DNA of 64,000 nucleotides, from the NCBI GenBank assembly GCA_965649825.1, contig OZ287694.1:495197-559196 (forward strand). Direction: 5' to 3'. The DNA is from Penicillus capitatus (taxonomy: Eukaryota; Plantae; Chlorophyta). Both the position numbers and the translations under genes were made by a program. The notes beneath the pieces are model-generated. The model was not told the DNA's origin. It saw nothing but the letters and a program-made list of their open reading frames with translations, and did no database searches. Below are positions 25,554 to 38,000 of the stretch, piece by piece. Position 1 is the first letter of the stretch. The number at the start of each line of letters is the position of its first letter.

Positions 25554-27569
25554 GTGTTCGCTGTACGGAGACACAGTATCGAATGTCACCCGAGGACGAC
25601 GCGTGTCAGCCGTGTCCTCCGAATGCAAACTGTGCATCCGATAACGTCATTCAGCCGAACCAAGAGTACTGGCATCCGTATCCGTGCGACGTGCACATGC
25701 AGGAATGCCTGAGCCAATCTGCGTGCGATTTTGATCGAGAGGCGCAGCTGGTCGCCATCACAAGAGATATGCACGAGTGTGATCTCAATGCGGCCACTGA
25801 AAGTGCCTATGCTGAAGAACAATGCAATGAGGTCTCGTTTTCCTTCTCCTAACCCCTTTTCTCCTATCTCTCGTGAAGCAGGGATACAGAGGACCGCTTT
25901 GTGGTGAATGCAGAAGTGGATACGGTCATACGTCTTCTTTGGACTGCGACCGATGCGACAAGGACCTGAGCATTGCCTACCTAGTTCTCTCTGTTGTCGT
26001 CGTCTTGGCACCCAGCAGCTTCGCCATCAAGAGTAGTCTGGGACCAGCTCTATCAAGTGGACAAGACATCGCGCGACTCCTTCGCCAAGTGCCAGCACGC
26101 AAGCTGATCAGGACCGTTTCTGTTCCGGAAGAACTCCAGTTGGCAGAACTCGGTGGTCCGTCAAGCAGAGTCGTCTCATCAAGGCGCCAGGCGACCGAGA
26201 TCGCAGGCAGTCATGGAAGCGACGAAGATAGCCAACTGTCAGCCGAACTGGCCAAATGGAAACTCGTTGAGATCTTTAAGGTACATACAGCGTCAGATGC
26301 GGCTCCGTAAAGAATCTCTTGTTTCCAGATCACGATCAATTCTTTGCAGACGATTTCGGTGGCGATATACATCAGCTCCAACTGGACATCCTCGGCAAAG
26401 TCGCTGATATCGGCAACAGGTAAGCCGCCATCGTCCCGCTTTCGGATAAGGGACAGACTGTTCGATGGATAGATGTTGTTGGAGGCATGATGTTGAACAC
26501 GGCGTCCTTTTCCATCGAATGTCTCATTCCGCTGGAGGCCGCCTTCCCCCGGTCCATCCTTCGCCCGATCGTCGCCATAGCCGTTCCAGTTGCCGCTCTC
26601 CTCCTGCACGGCGTTTTCTGGTTCTGCGTGGGGATGAGATCCGCAGAGAGCTGGGAGTATTTGGAGAAGAGGTGGTCATTGAGCTTCCTTGCAGTTTCCT
26701 ACCTGAGCTGTGTCTGGATCACCAAAAACGCCGTGAATGTGCTTTCCTGCGTCCGAGTGCGCCAATCCATCCACACAGGCGCAGAAAGCACGAGCTATCG
26801 CTGGACACAGGCAACCACCGTCAAGTGTTTCGCAGGATACCATGCCATCCTTGTCGGTGTCCTTGGCCTTCCCGTCCTCCTTTTCTTCACGCTCTGATTC
26901 CCAGTGCTGTTGTCGTGGAAGCTGCTGAGAAAGAGAAACCGCGATTCCTCGCACGAGAGCTGGTTTATGGATGCCACAGCGTTTCTGTATCGGGCTTACG
27001 CCGACAGGTTTGTCTATTGGGAATCCCTTGTCCTGTTCCGAAAAGCGCCGTTGACGATCGTCGTGGCATTTGGATACCATCTAGGATCGAACCTCCAAGC
27101 CATCCTTGCCGTCTGCATACTGACCACGGCACTGTACCTGCACACGATGTGTCATCCCTTCCGAAACGAATTTGCCAGTCTGAATGTGTATGAAGAGGCC
27201 GTTCTCTTTTTCTCGAACATTACCTTTGTCATGGCTCTCTTATTCAATGACGATCAGATCGGGAATGCTCTGAGGGTATTGCTGTCGGTTTTGTTTTTTC
27301 TGTCGATCTGTGGACTGTTGGCTTTCTTGGGCTTTGTCTTTTCTCGGGCAACCTTTGCCTATATGTGTGTCGTACTGGGAATAGAAGAGGTTCCACAGAT
27401 CGATGCGCTTGGCAATTTGCGAGTGATGCGCGAGTTCATGATCTTTAAAGTGGCGCAGAATGTCCCTCGCATGAGAAGCTTCATTCGTAAATCCAAAGCC
27501 GATGAGGAGCAAACAAACATTGGCCTGAACGCCAGACGAGATTCGGCGGGTTTCTCCTCAGGATTGTGA
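25554..27569 (+). pseudogene. 5'-truncated PMP-like receptor pseudogene (Cys-rich + multi-TM part only)
   Basis: Starts mid-exon at (C)VRCTETQYRMSPEDDACQPCPPNANC, then GYRGPLCGEC and TM exons paralogous to 39.3-41.3 kb. In-frame TGA at 26895-26897 where the paralog has Gly (FTL*FP vs FTVGFP). Confidence 0.85.
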
Positions 27570-28616
27570 CCGTCGCAAACGATGGCCTCGAGCCTTGTAT
27601 TCATATCACAGACGGTTGTCGCGTGTTATGAGAGATCTCTTTGAAAGAATAACACTTCTCGGACTGTTGGCTCCCTGTCATGCGAAACTGCGGTTAACGC
27701 GACGTTCAGAATAGTGTCCAAAGAGACGAAAAGGCTATATGAAGATTTCCACTTGCATACTGCTCAGCCTCGCCTTATTTCGACCGCAATCTCGCCGTTC
27801 TCCACCATCTGAGAAACGCACTTGCAGCCTTAAGTGTCTAATCCAGGTTTCTCTTCTCGCTTACGGCGCGACCTTTAGCCACTCAATCTCTGTCTGCCAT
27901 GTTTTCTGTTTGATCCTCGCACTTGTCGACATTCATGCAGTCAGTCATGGTGGCATGCAGGAACGTGATGTGGACAGCATCGGTGTGTCTGGTTTGGCAT
28001 TGTCATATCGATCAAACGTTTCCACTCTATTGTTCAATGTTTGTGCCCCGTCGGCCGACGTTAAGCCTTGCAGGTAAAACAACATCCTCCATTGCGTACT
28101 CTTTTGATGTCGGCTGAATTCTTTATCAGTTGGCTGAATGAGGCAGCGAAGCTACTGATATGAAGGAAGGAATACCGAAATGTAAACATCGTCTCTTTCC
28201 TACAGATATCCGACATCACACGCCGCATCACGTTTGCAGATCAGCTCCAATGCATGTGATCAGAGCTGAGGGTTAAGTTCAGACATTTCGGCGCTGCCCT
28301 CTGACTATCGCCGTCATGTCAATGAAGTGCGTGCATTCAGGAGAAACGACGAACGTCAGTTGCCGTCGCATGCATTCTTCGTCCATTTTTCTGTCCCAGT
28401 GAACGCGTTCGTCGAACTGCGAGATAAAAAAACATGTCCACCACAAGAATACTACCATTCACGGCTTTGCCGATCTGAAAGCTATTAGGCGGAATGCTCG
28501 ATAACGTCTTCAAAGTCGAACGCGGTGTTTCGATGCATTCGATGATCAGTACGGTCAGCGTCCGTGCGGCACATTAACATCGTCACTCTCCATCATTTTC
28601 CCTTCATTGCAGTTCG

Positions 28617-31127
28617 ATGGATGTCATAAGCATAGCCCTAAAGGTGACCGAAGGCATCGTAGACCATGCCGCACTCGCCGTAACGAACGCCGAAGAGTGC
28701 AAACTGCTCGCCTCTTTGGCGGGACAAACGAAGCCGTTTCTGCAGACACTGGAGCAGCTGCACGTGGATAATCCTTCACTGCTCGCAGCGCTGAACCTCA
28801 TCCTTAACGCACTCAATGAAGCGGACCAAGTCATAGAAGACTGTTGCAAGTCCACATGTTTGACAGGGATGTTATTCGCTTCGCGGAACAGCGATAAGCT
28901 GAAACACGTCGCTCAGAAGCTGCAACACGCGTTGCAACAGGTGCCTCTGGCCAGTCTGCCGATTGTGGGAGAGATTCATGAATGCATGCTCGCCCTCCAA
29001 GACGACCTTCACAAAGCCAAGTTCGACAGCGTAGCGGCATCGACGCTTCAGACGACAGTGTGGAAAGAAGAAATGGAGAAGGCATTCAATAGGAATCTGG
29101 AAGGGACAGAAGAGATGAAAACCGTCCTCGCTGACATTATGAAGGAGCATTCCAGAACAGTCGAAGCCAAATTGCAGAACCTTGATGTGCTGAAGGATTA
29201 CATGCACGAGGCGCGAAGAGAAAAAGACCAGCTGCTGGAGTACGAGCTGAAGCATATTATCGACGCCATCAATGAATCTCTCAAGCAGACGGAACAGGCC
29301 CCGGCTCCGGATTTGTCTGCTGATGTTCTTGATCAGCTTTGTTGTTGTCCAATCAGCAAGGAGATCATGAAGGACCCAGTGGTGCTGAAAGATTCGGGTG
29401 TCACTTATGAGAGAGCCAGCATTGAGGACTGGTTGCGACGCGGGAATAAGAAGGACCCCGTAACCGAAACTGAAATCAAATCTTACGAGCTAATTCCAAA
29501 TCTGTTGGCCAAGAGTCTTGTGAGTTTCGCAATTGCAATCGATGGATCGGAGAAACACCAAACCAAGACAGAAAAACGACAGCCTCGTGAAACTGAATTG
29601 TACGAAGGACGCGGTCAGCATACACGTGCAGAAAATGCTGCCACTTCCGTCTGCATCCATTCCGCTGTCATATATCATTGATGATGTGAATTTCAAGGTT
29701 GGGGAGAGGAGGAAGCGAGAAGGAGACCCAGTTCGCGCTGAGTATCTACCACAGTTTTTTACACCCCTCACGATAGCATCTCCGCTTGTCAGAGAAGAAA
29801 GTCGATATGAGAAGGCAAGGACGTAGTAACAAAGGCATGCAGTCGTTTGGAAGCGTATGTTGCAACGACAGGTCAGAGACATTCATCTCGGCGACTTCGC
29901 CTTCGTCCACTTGGCTCATGACCATTGCACGGGGGAGCACTGTGCTATTAAATACATTGAACGTGGGAGAAAAGTAAGGCACGTGTGTTCGGTTGAGATT
30001 CGCCAATGTCGAAGTGGGATGATAGATCGACAAGTACGTGAAGTATGGGATACTTAACCATCGAAAGTTATCTCATCGTCACGTGATTCAGTTTAAAGAG
30101 GTTGCCAAACTATTGCTACTTCATTACAGCTTCTGTAAAAGTGTGACGGGTGATTAACATTCAGGTGTATTTGACCCCCTCGTATTTGTGCATCGTCACA
30201 GAGTATGCTCCGGGTGGCAGTATGTTGGATTATGTCAAGATGAAAAATGAGTCCAGCGAGAAGGAGATGCGTTGGTTTTTTCAGCAACTTATCATCGGTG
30301 TGGACCATTGCCATCAAATGGAAGTGGTACGTCCTGAGATCAAACTCGAAGATGCTCTGCTGGATGGTGGCCGACGTCCTCTCCTCAAAATCTCCCCCTT
30401 TAGATATAATGTGGTGAGCAGTGTCGTTACTGTCACTTTATCATTTTCCGGACGTTCCCTCCTCTGCAGCAAGATGAAGACAATTTAACACCGTTACCTG
30501 GAGTGGGTACACCCGTCTACGTGGCACCAGAGGTCATCGCGCCACTACAGGCATATGATAGCAAAGTGCGCGTTCGATTGCGCGACATCCGAAGATGATG
30601 ATGTGTGGTCACGTTGTCTACAGAAAGCAAGTGTTTGGTCCTGTGGAGTTTGTCTGTACTTTATGATTTTTGCATGTTATCCCTTCAAGAACGACACGGT
30701 AAGGCACGCCATGTCCAGACAATCAGACTACCTCATTCCCTTCCTCTGCTGCTGATCCTGTGTTTTCAGTGTATTTTGGAAATGCCGTTATCGATTCCCG
30801 AACATCCCGCCATCTCTGCCGATTTGGAAGACCTGTTGCACAAGATCATGGAAAAGGATCCAGAGAAACGCATCGGTATAAAAGACATCATGGAACATCG
30901 CTGGTTTCAAACTGATCCTATAAATGTCGCCATATTCACGAACAAAGAACTCGGCAATCAAAGGGCAAAAAGTCGCTTGCAAGTAAGATCGATCTCTCCA
31001 CATCATACCTGTCTTTGATGGAGTCTTACAGAGTGAAGAAGAGGTCCGTGCTATCGTGGAAGAAGCAAAGATTCCTGCCACAGATAAAGGGCTTAGATTG
31101 GACATCGTTCACACAGTAGGGGATTAG
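28617..31127 (+). CDS. MLKL-NTD/UND-like helical bundle + coiled coil + U-box + SnRK2-like pseudokinase (copy 2, multi-exon)
   Basis: ORF 28617 has the U-box CPISKEIMKDPVVLKDSGVTYERASIEDWL..DPVT..LIPN. Introns 29649-29697 (GT-AG) and 29815-29871 (GC-AG) join it in frame to VRDIHLGDFAFVHLA..CAIKYIERGRK|IDKYVKYGILNHRKLSH..QFKE|VYLTPSYLCIVTEYAPGG..RPEIKLEDALL..LLKISPFRYN..GTPVYVAPE. Stop is TAG at 31125-31127. Confidence 0.88.
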
Positions 31128-31329
31128 ATGCACAGATACATACAAAGGGATCCGGGATTATATTTCATTCGTTTCAATTATCTGTTGCCGCACTCGCCTA
31201 ATCACTCAGTTTTGTAAAGACATCCCCACTCACTCCCTTGGACATTCAGAATTGGATCTAGCACATCCAACCCCGATTTAGACTCCGTTATATTATTGTA
31301 TTGATGAACGGCTGCAGATTTTATGAAAC

Positions 31330-31690
31330 TAGATCGAGTTCAGTGCGAAACGCGAAGGGTCTTACAAAACTAACTATGCGCCGTCATCGTAGCTGCCACA
31401 TGAGTTTCGAAAAAAGCAGACGATACCTCTTCAGATTCGAGATCAAAATATGGTATCCTGTGTTTTGACAGCAAAGACGATCTACTACCAAGGAGATAAT
31501 GCGACGGTCGACCTTTTCAAACAGACCTTCATCCAGCTCCATCTGGAAAGCAAATTCTGGAACGAGTATCCGGTTAGGAAAGCCCATCGCTCTCGCCAAA
31601 ACGCTGCGAGAATCGCCCACCCGCATCGGATTCAACGCCGTACCACATCACATCCCTGCATCCGGAGTCACTGGCATGTTCCTTGATGAA
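31330..31690 (-). pseudogene. Degraded ORF paralogous to 740-1070
   Basis: EHASDSGCRDVMWYGVESD..SQRFGESDGLS*, then a frameshift into PEFAFQMELDEGLFEK. Confidence 0.3.
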
Positions 31691-32264
31691 ACAGATCACA
31701 CAGCAGTCCAGTACCTCTATCACTCCCATTGACATTGGCCATGACGATCGGATGCACAAGATCATCTCCATGAAGTTATGACACCCATTTGCTGTCCACT
31801 CCCTAATGAGTGGGCTCTTTTATAGTCCAGTACATTGTTCTCAAACAGACAGAGATCGATGAGAAATCGTTTGCAAGGAGACCAAAGACCGGAAATCCAG
31901 CACTTTAGCATACGACCACCCCTTCTCCTATAAAAACGGCGCCCTCTCCCCGAACGTCGACTCTTGCTGGATACTGGATCTCTTGGCTGGTACCATCGTT
32001 AGCAGCAAGAGCACGTGGATAACACCATAGACTGATATTAGAGAAGTGTCTCTAAGAGTGGCGTGATCTTCACTGCTGTAAGTCGTGCGCTTGGCGGAAA
32101 AGAGTGAGATACGTGCTCTCCAGCATCTACGTACGCCGAGTGGTTTGATGCAGGTGTATGTTTGTCGTACGACTAGCGGTTTTTGATCAGACTCATTTTA
32201 TCTGCAGAACGTTTCTTTGTTCTTCGCAGCTTAGTGAATCGTGAGAATCGACACGTGCTCAAGG

Positions 32265-32960
32265 ATGGATGCAATCTGTGCGATTTTTCTGATGGTGTTC
32301 CAGGACACCTACGAAAGAGTGTTTAGCGTTAGGTGTTGTCTAGGGAATTCGCGCCGTTCTGTGTGTCACACAGACGCCTCTGGCTTCTGTATCTGCACCT
32401 GATTACGCGAGTGTCGTTACGGTCGCGTTTGAAGATGATTTCGGACTGCAAGAGGCGATAGACTCCGAAGGAGAGATAGAGATGCCTCCGGAAGCTCCTG
32501 GTTCGCTCATGACCCAAGAGTCACCAGTCGTACTTATCACAACTGCATTGTAGAAGCAATGAATTCAGAGGAAGCGCAAGAGAAGGACGAGACATATGCG
32601 GACGTCACATCCACATACTACGCCCATATCGACTTTGATGTAGCAGATGTGGAAAGTGAAGGAGAAGGAGAAGGGGAGCACGATGCCGATGTCGACGTCG
32701 CTGCAGAGGAAGTGGAAGAAGAGGAAAAGAAAACAAAGAAGAGACAGAAAAAGAAGAAACCGACGACGATTCAAGTGTCCGAACGAACCACCCAGAACAC
32801 TGTCGTGGAAAAAACTCCACAGAAATATCCAAGCACAACTCCCCCAAAGGCCACCAAGGATGAAGGAATTGATGGAGAGGGGCAACCTGTCTTGTTGGAA
32901 AGGAGTTCCAGACCTGATCCACAAGCACTTGTGTACGCAGTAGGACAGCTTGTCGGCTGA
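32265..32960 (+). CDS. Acidic secreted protein family member B (apparent 1-nt frameshift near 32547)
   Basis: MDAICAIFLM|GIRAVLC.. has a 10-codon first exon, as short as in the other members. Acidic body. C-terminus TPPKATKDEGIDGEGQPV..RPDPQALVYAVGQLVG matches member D. Confidence 0.55.
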
Positions 32961-33736
32961 ATTCCATCGAGTCGACAGAAGAGAGCGAAGGGGTCGCTGC
33001 TCAGACATGTTGTTCTCGCAATGGATAGCACATACATGAGTGGATTCTTTCTGAGGCCACTTTGTGATACATTGGGAAAGAACTGCATCGCACAATGTGA
33101 ATATCCTTGTAAAGCAAATAAACAAAGTTCTTTGGACGAAGCACAAAACGTTGAACGAAGAAGGATCACGTTCGTTAGACGACGACACTGAATAGATGAT
33201 CATGTGTTCGAAAGGACACTGCCACTCGTCGAGAGAGGAATCCTGCCAGACATGGCCCTTCGCGTGCATGATCTGCAACTACTACACTGTCCGCTCTTGA
33301 CGATGATATCTACCGATATTCCGTTTCTTAAACAACGACCACGTGTGCAACGAAGATCACCTCTTGTATCGACAAAACAATCCTGCCACAACTGTTCAGG
33401 ATGCCAGCTACGGTGGATGGCACGCAGGGTAACAGAATGCGCTGTATGCTCTTTCACATTCTCACCGCAAGCGGCACGCCAAGTATTACGGAAAAGACGG
33501 CTCTTGACGACAAAACCGGATCCCATCTGTCTATTGGGTTGCATTTCACCCCAAATCGAGTTGCTAAGGACTTTCGAACGGCGTTGCAAGAGGCGCTGCC
33601 ATTCCTGTTGTAATCGAATCGGTCGTCGAACGCTACCTTTGACAGAATCGAATCGACAGAAATCGACTGCGTAGCTCAAACGGAACTCGCGAAGGCGGAG
33701 GAGCGCAAGAACAGAAGCGACGGTTAAATAAAAATC

Positions 33737-34356
33737 CAAAAGTTTTTGTCCGGGTGGTGAGACTCCATCGTCGTCGGCCCCCGAACTCAGCGCGACGTTG
33801 TCCTTTCCCCGCCGTAACCCATCCAACTCGGCGCGGGCTCGCCGGACACAACCGGTCAACTCTGATGGGACAACCCTCCTCTGTGTCCGGCGCAGGTATC
33901 GAACCCCCGCGGTCGTACTTCTCGAACTGGTCCAACTGCACCATCCGCTTCGGGTCGATCCCCACAGTCGAGAACACGCTGTCGCCAAGGTAAGCCCGCC
34001 CGTGACGACTCTCTCGACGGCCTGTTGACGACTTTCTCCACCGATCACTCTACACCCGTGACGACTTCGCCGGCGACTCTTTGACGACTTTGTCGTCCAC
34101 CCGCCGGATGTCACTGTGGCACTCTGTGGTCGACAACACCATATGTGTCCTCACGCTATTTATTTGAGTCATGGCTGCCCATGCGACGTGTTTTGGCGTT
34201 CAGGACATCGAGATCAAGCAATGCATTCATTCTCAATTCACGTTTGCTTTAGCGCTATTCCTATTTTGTTCGTTCCGTGCCCGAGTCTGTGTTTCATTCA
34301 CTGCCATGTTTCTCCGCCGCCGGACTGATGGTGACAGTACGGAGTTCGTTTTCTGA
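33737..34356. repeat. 620-bp dispersed direct repeat, copy 2
   Basis: Matches 5328-5947 at offset 28,409. Confidence 0.95.
33738..33969 (-). ncRNA. Candidate Pol III structured ncRNA, copy 2
   Basis: Identical to 5329-5560 (A-box, B-box, 10-bp helix, TTTT). Confidence 0.4.
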
Positions 34357-35040
34357 AAGCTGTCGCTCTTTATCGAAACTCCTCGTCAGTTTATCGCATG
34401 ATCAATACCGACAACGAAGCTGATCCCTACTGAGTGTATTCTCGTCATCTCGATAGAAAGGTCGAGTACAGATGTTTCTTCTACGCTCCGACGATTGGAC
34501 TGACTGGCCTCTGGAGCCTCAAGCGGCGTTCGGGATTGGACTGTAAAAGACAGTGGTTGATCATCAGAAAGCTTTTTGTCAACGAGCTTTAGGAAAAGTT
34601 GCACCAAACGGTATCCTTCGAGACTCAATTCGGGAGATTGCTGCATCGCACAATACAAATGCTGTCTGTACATGACGAGCAAAGCTCTACGCTACAAAAC
34701 GGCAGAGGAAGACCGAACGATGCAACGGACGCGTCGAACAAACAAACCAGAGTGAGCAAGTCGTGTCGACCACTCCGCAGTACGCGAGCCGACACACAAT
34801 CGAACACAGAACGCTCAATTTCGCCAATGATAACAGCGAACATCGCGGAGAACCACACTGAGAAGTCTCTCCTGTCGTGTCGGGAAGAGAGCACTTAAAG
34901 AACGCGGCCCTCTCCATTCCGGGATTCGTTCGAGTTTTACCGAAGACCGACGCGTGTCGCGATATCGTTTTCTCGCCCACCGAGGGGACACTAAGTTCCT
35001 TTCGCGTACGTTTCGCAGAAGGCAACAACGACGCGGCAGC

Positions 35041-38000
35041 ATGGCACCTTCGAAGATGCTCTGGGCATCGCTTCTGACCATCTGTGTCGCCACGCTGTGT
35101 GCCTCGCAGCCCGACTCTCGCGCTCCCAACGTCGCGGGATCGTCTTCGAGGGCCACCACAAGGTCGACAGGTGAGCTTTGCACTGCTGCCGTCTCTTCGC
35201 GTGTAGGCTCGACTCCTTCGCCGTCTCTCCCGCTAAACGAGACCGAAATCTCACATCTCTCTCTCTGAGTCCTTCCCTTCAGGAGTAGGCGACGAGTCAG
35301 CGGCACTTCCCATGTCCACAGACAACGGCTCGAAGGAGTCCGACGATGCGAAATCCCACCACGCTGTACATCCTCGGCATCGACGGCTGCCTGCGGAATG
35401 GCGTCTTGTGTTTCCCCAGGCACCCAGATCTGTCCGTTCTCTGCAGCAAAGCCTCGAGGACGCTGGGGAAGAAGGTCTGAAACCCGCCGCGGCGGATATA
35501 CGGCCGTGACGTTGTCTTGAGCAGGTCGGTGTCAGCTGACGAGCAGCGCGATTGCGTCCATCCTCGACGTCGAAACCAGAATGTGGCTCATCGACGACCG
35601 GCATCTGGACGACATCTCACACGACCTGCAGACTCTCGTCGACTGCAGCAGCGACGGAGACACCATTCTCTTCAACACCACGCGGCCAATCACGCCTCCA
35701 AGACGCATCGAGATTCCATGGAACCTGACCCTCAGTGCCGCCGTGGACGCGATCGATCTCGAGAACGGCGTGTTTCCAAAGTCGGAGTCGCCGACGACGT
35801 TCACGTGTCCCGAAGGAGACGGCGTCTTCTCCCTAAAGTGAGGATCCCCATCGACGTGGGACAGGGCGATATCTTGCATCACCTCACTCGTCGTGTGCGT
35901 GCAGGACGGGTACAGCCCTAATCGCAAACATCGTCTTCAAGAACTGCACCCTGGACGAACAGGACAGGGCCATCGTGCAGCTGGAGGAATGCACCTCGAA
36001 GGAAGCGAGCGGGACCGTCCGCCTTCACCGCGTGGCGTTTCGCGGACATCGACTGAACGGCACGAGCTCCTTCTCCTCTGGCGCCGAGTGCGCGTCGGTG
36101 GAGATGATCCGCGTCAAGTTCTCTGACAACTCCTGTGGGGACGCATGCTTCGCGCAGCTGGCCGCCGCCGCCGACCTGAGACACGTCCGTCTCGAACGAA
36201 ACGTGCCTGTAGCGAGTCTGGACACAAGACGTCCCGTCTCGCTGCTGCGTCTGCTCGCTGGATCGACGACTAAGGTCGTCGACATCCATCTCAGCCAGAA
36301 TGCCGTCGCAGGGGTCCACGTCAGCGATGGGACGTTGAACCTGACACAGTCGACCTTCGAGCGCAACTCCGAGGGTCCGACGGTCCGTTTGGACCAGGGC
36401 AGTCGAGCACACATTGCCGACTGCGTGTTCCGAGGGAACGAGGCGTCGATTCAGAGAGCGGAAGAGACGCTGCCCGAGTCGCTGCTCGCCTTCGAGAGCA
36501 GCGGGTTCAGATGCGTGCCCGTCACGATGACGCGGGGAAGTGCTCTCTTGTCGTTCGACAGCGACGTCAGAGTGAAGGGCTGCGAGTTTAGGCAAAACAA
36601 GGTGCACGGAGACGCCAGCGGAGTCTTCGCATCGGGCGGCACTCTGGAAGTCGACGCGTGCAGCTTCAGAGACAACTCCGCGACTAAGGCCGGAGGCGCC
36701 GTCTATCTGCTCAACGCTCTGGCTCTGTTCGATAACGTCGTCTGCGTCGATAACAGCGCCGAAGACGGCGGTGGATGTCTCTTCGCTGAGAACGCCACTG
36801 GCTGGATCGTCGACTCGCGTCTGAAAGGCAATTCGGCTTCAAAGGGAGGCGCTCTCTGCATCAAGGAGTCCGCCGAGTTGCAGATCCAGAACAGCTCCTT
36901 CGTCGGCAATAGCGCTGAGGAGAGCGGCGGGGGAGCCCACGTCCAGGCCGAGCTCTGTCGCTTCGTCGAATGCCGGTTCGAGAGGAACAAGGCAAGGACG
37001 GGAGGCGGCCTGAACGTCGACAAAGACAGTGCCGTCCGCATCGAGCGCTCCACCTTCGTTCAGAACAATGCGTCCGATTCTGGCGGCGGCATGTCGAGCG
37101 AGAGAAGCGTCGTGGAACTGGAGGCCATCGAGCTGACAGGCAACCGCGCAAGCAGTCAGGGCGGAGCCGTCCGGGTGAAGGAAGAATCGACGATCCGTGT
37201 TCGGGATTCGCAGTTCCGGGAGAACAGTGCCGGGATATACGGCGGGGCGATGGTGGTGCAGAACAGCAAGGGGACGCTCTCCGGATGCGAGGTCGAGAGG
37301 AACGTGGCGGACATCGGCGGAGGAATCGAGCTGTCGCGCACGTCCTCCCTCGAGATCCGAAACAACTCCGAATTCGTCGAAAACCGAGCGAGAAATGGAG
37401 TGGGCGGCGGAATCGACTGTCAAGGCCGAAGCGAGTTGAAAATCTCGGACGCCGAATTTCGGGACAACAATGCATCGCGTCAAGGAGGGGCCATCTTCCT
37501 GTACGCGTCCTCTCTAAACGCGGCGCGTCTGGTGATTCTGGATAACGTCTGCGGTGATATGGGCGCTGGGGTGTTTCTCTACGGCAAGAGCACGGCGGAG
37601 TTCTCTGACTCGCTTTTCCAGCAAAATCGAGCAGAGTACGGAGGGGCAGTCTTTGTGCGCGAGTCGCAGGTACACGTGCGTGGCAGCAAGTTTTTTGATT
37701 GTCGAGCAGAGAAGAATGGAGGCGGCATCTATATCGAATCCCAATCCGTTGTCGTTTTCGAAGGCTCTGCTTCAGAGTTTTTGTGGAACATCGCCGCAGG
37801 GGGCGAGGGCGGCGGCGTGTACTGCTCGGATGGAAACCTGACGGGAGAATCGCTGAGCTTCGTGAAGAACTATGCTGCCGACGGAGGCGGGATCGCGATG
37901 AACATGGAATGCGAGGCAACGCTGTCTCTTGTGAACTTCAGAGCGAACAATGCCTCTCGTGGCGGAGGCCTCTACGTCACAGGAGGGTCCAGAGTGGACC

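Larger units (their letters stand above)
28500..31720. repeat. Inverted segmental duplicate of about 700-3890
   Basis: Reverse-complement homology covers the gene, about 120 bp upstream and the downstream degraded ORF. Confidence 0.85.

Noticed and set aside
33200-34114. 304-aa minus-strand ORF as a protein gene
   Set aside because: It runs across a repeat boundary, its paralog diverges at that boundary, substitutions between copies are non-synonymous and no domain was recognised.
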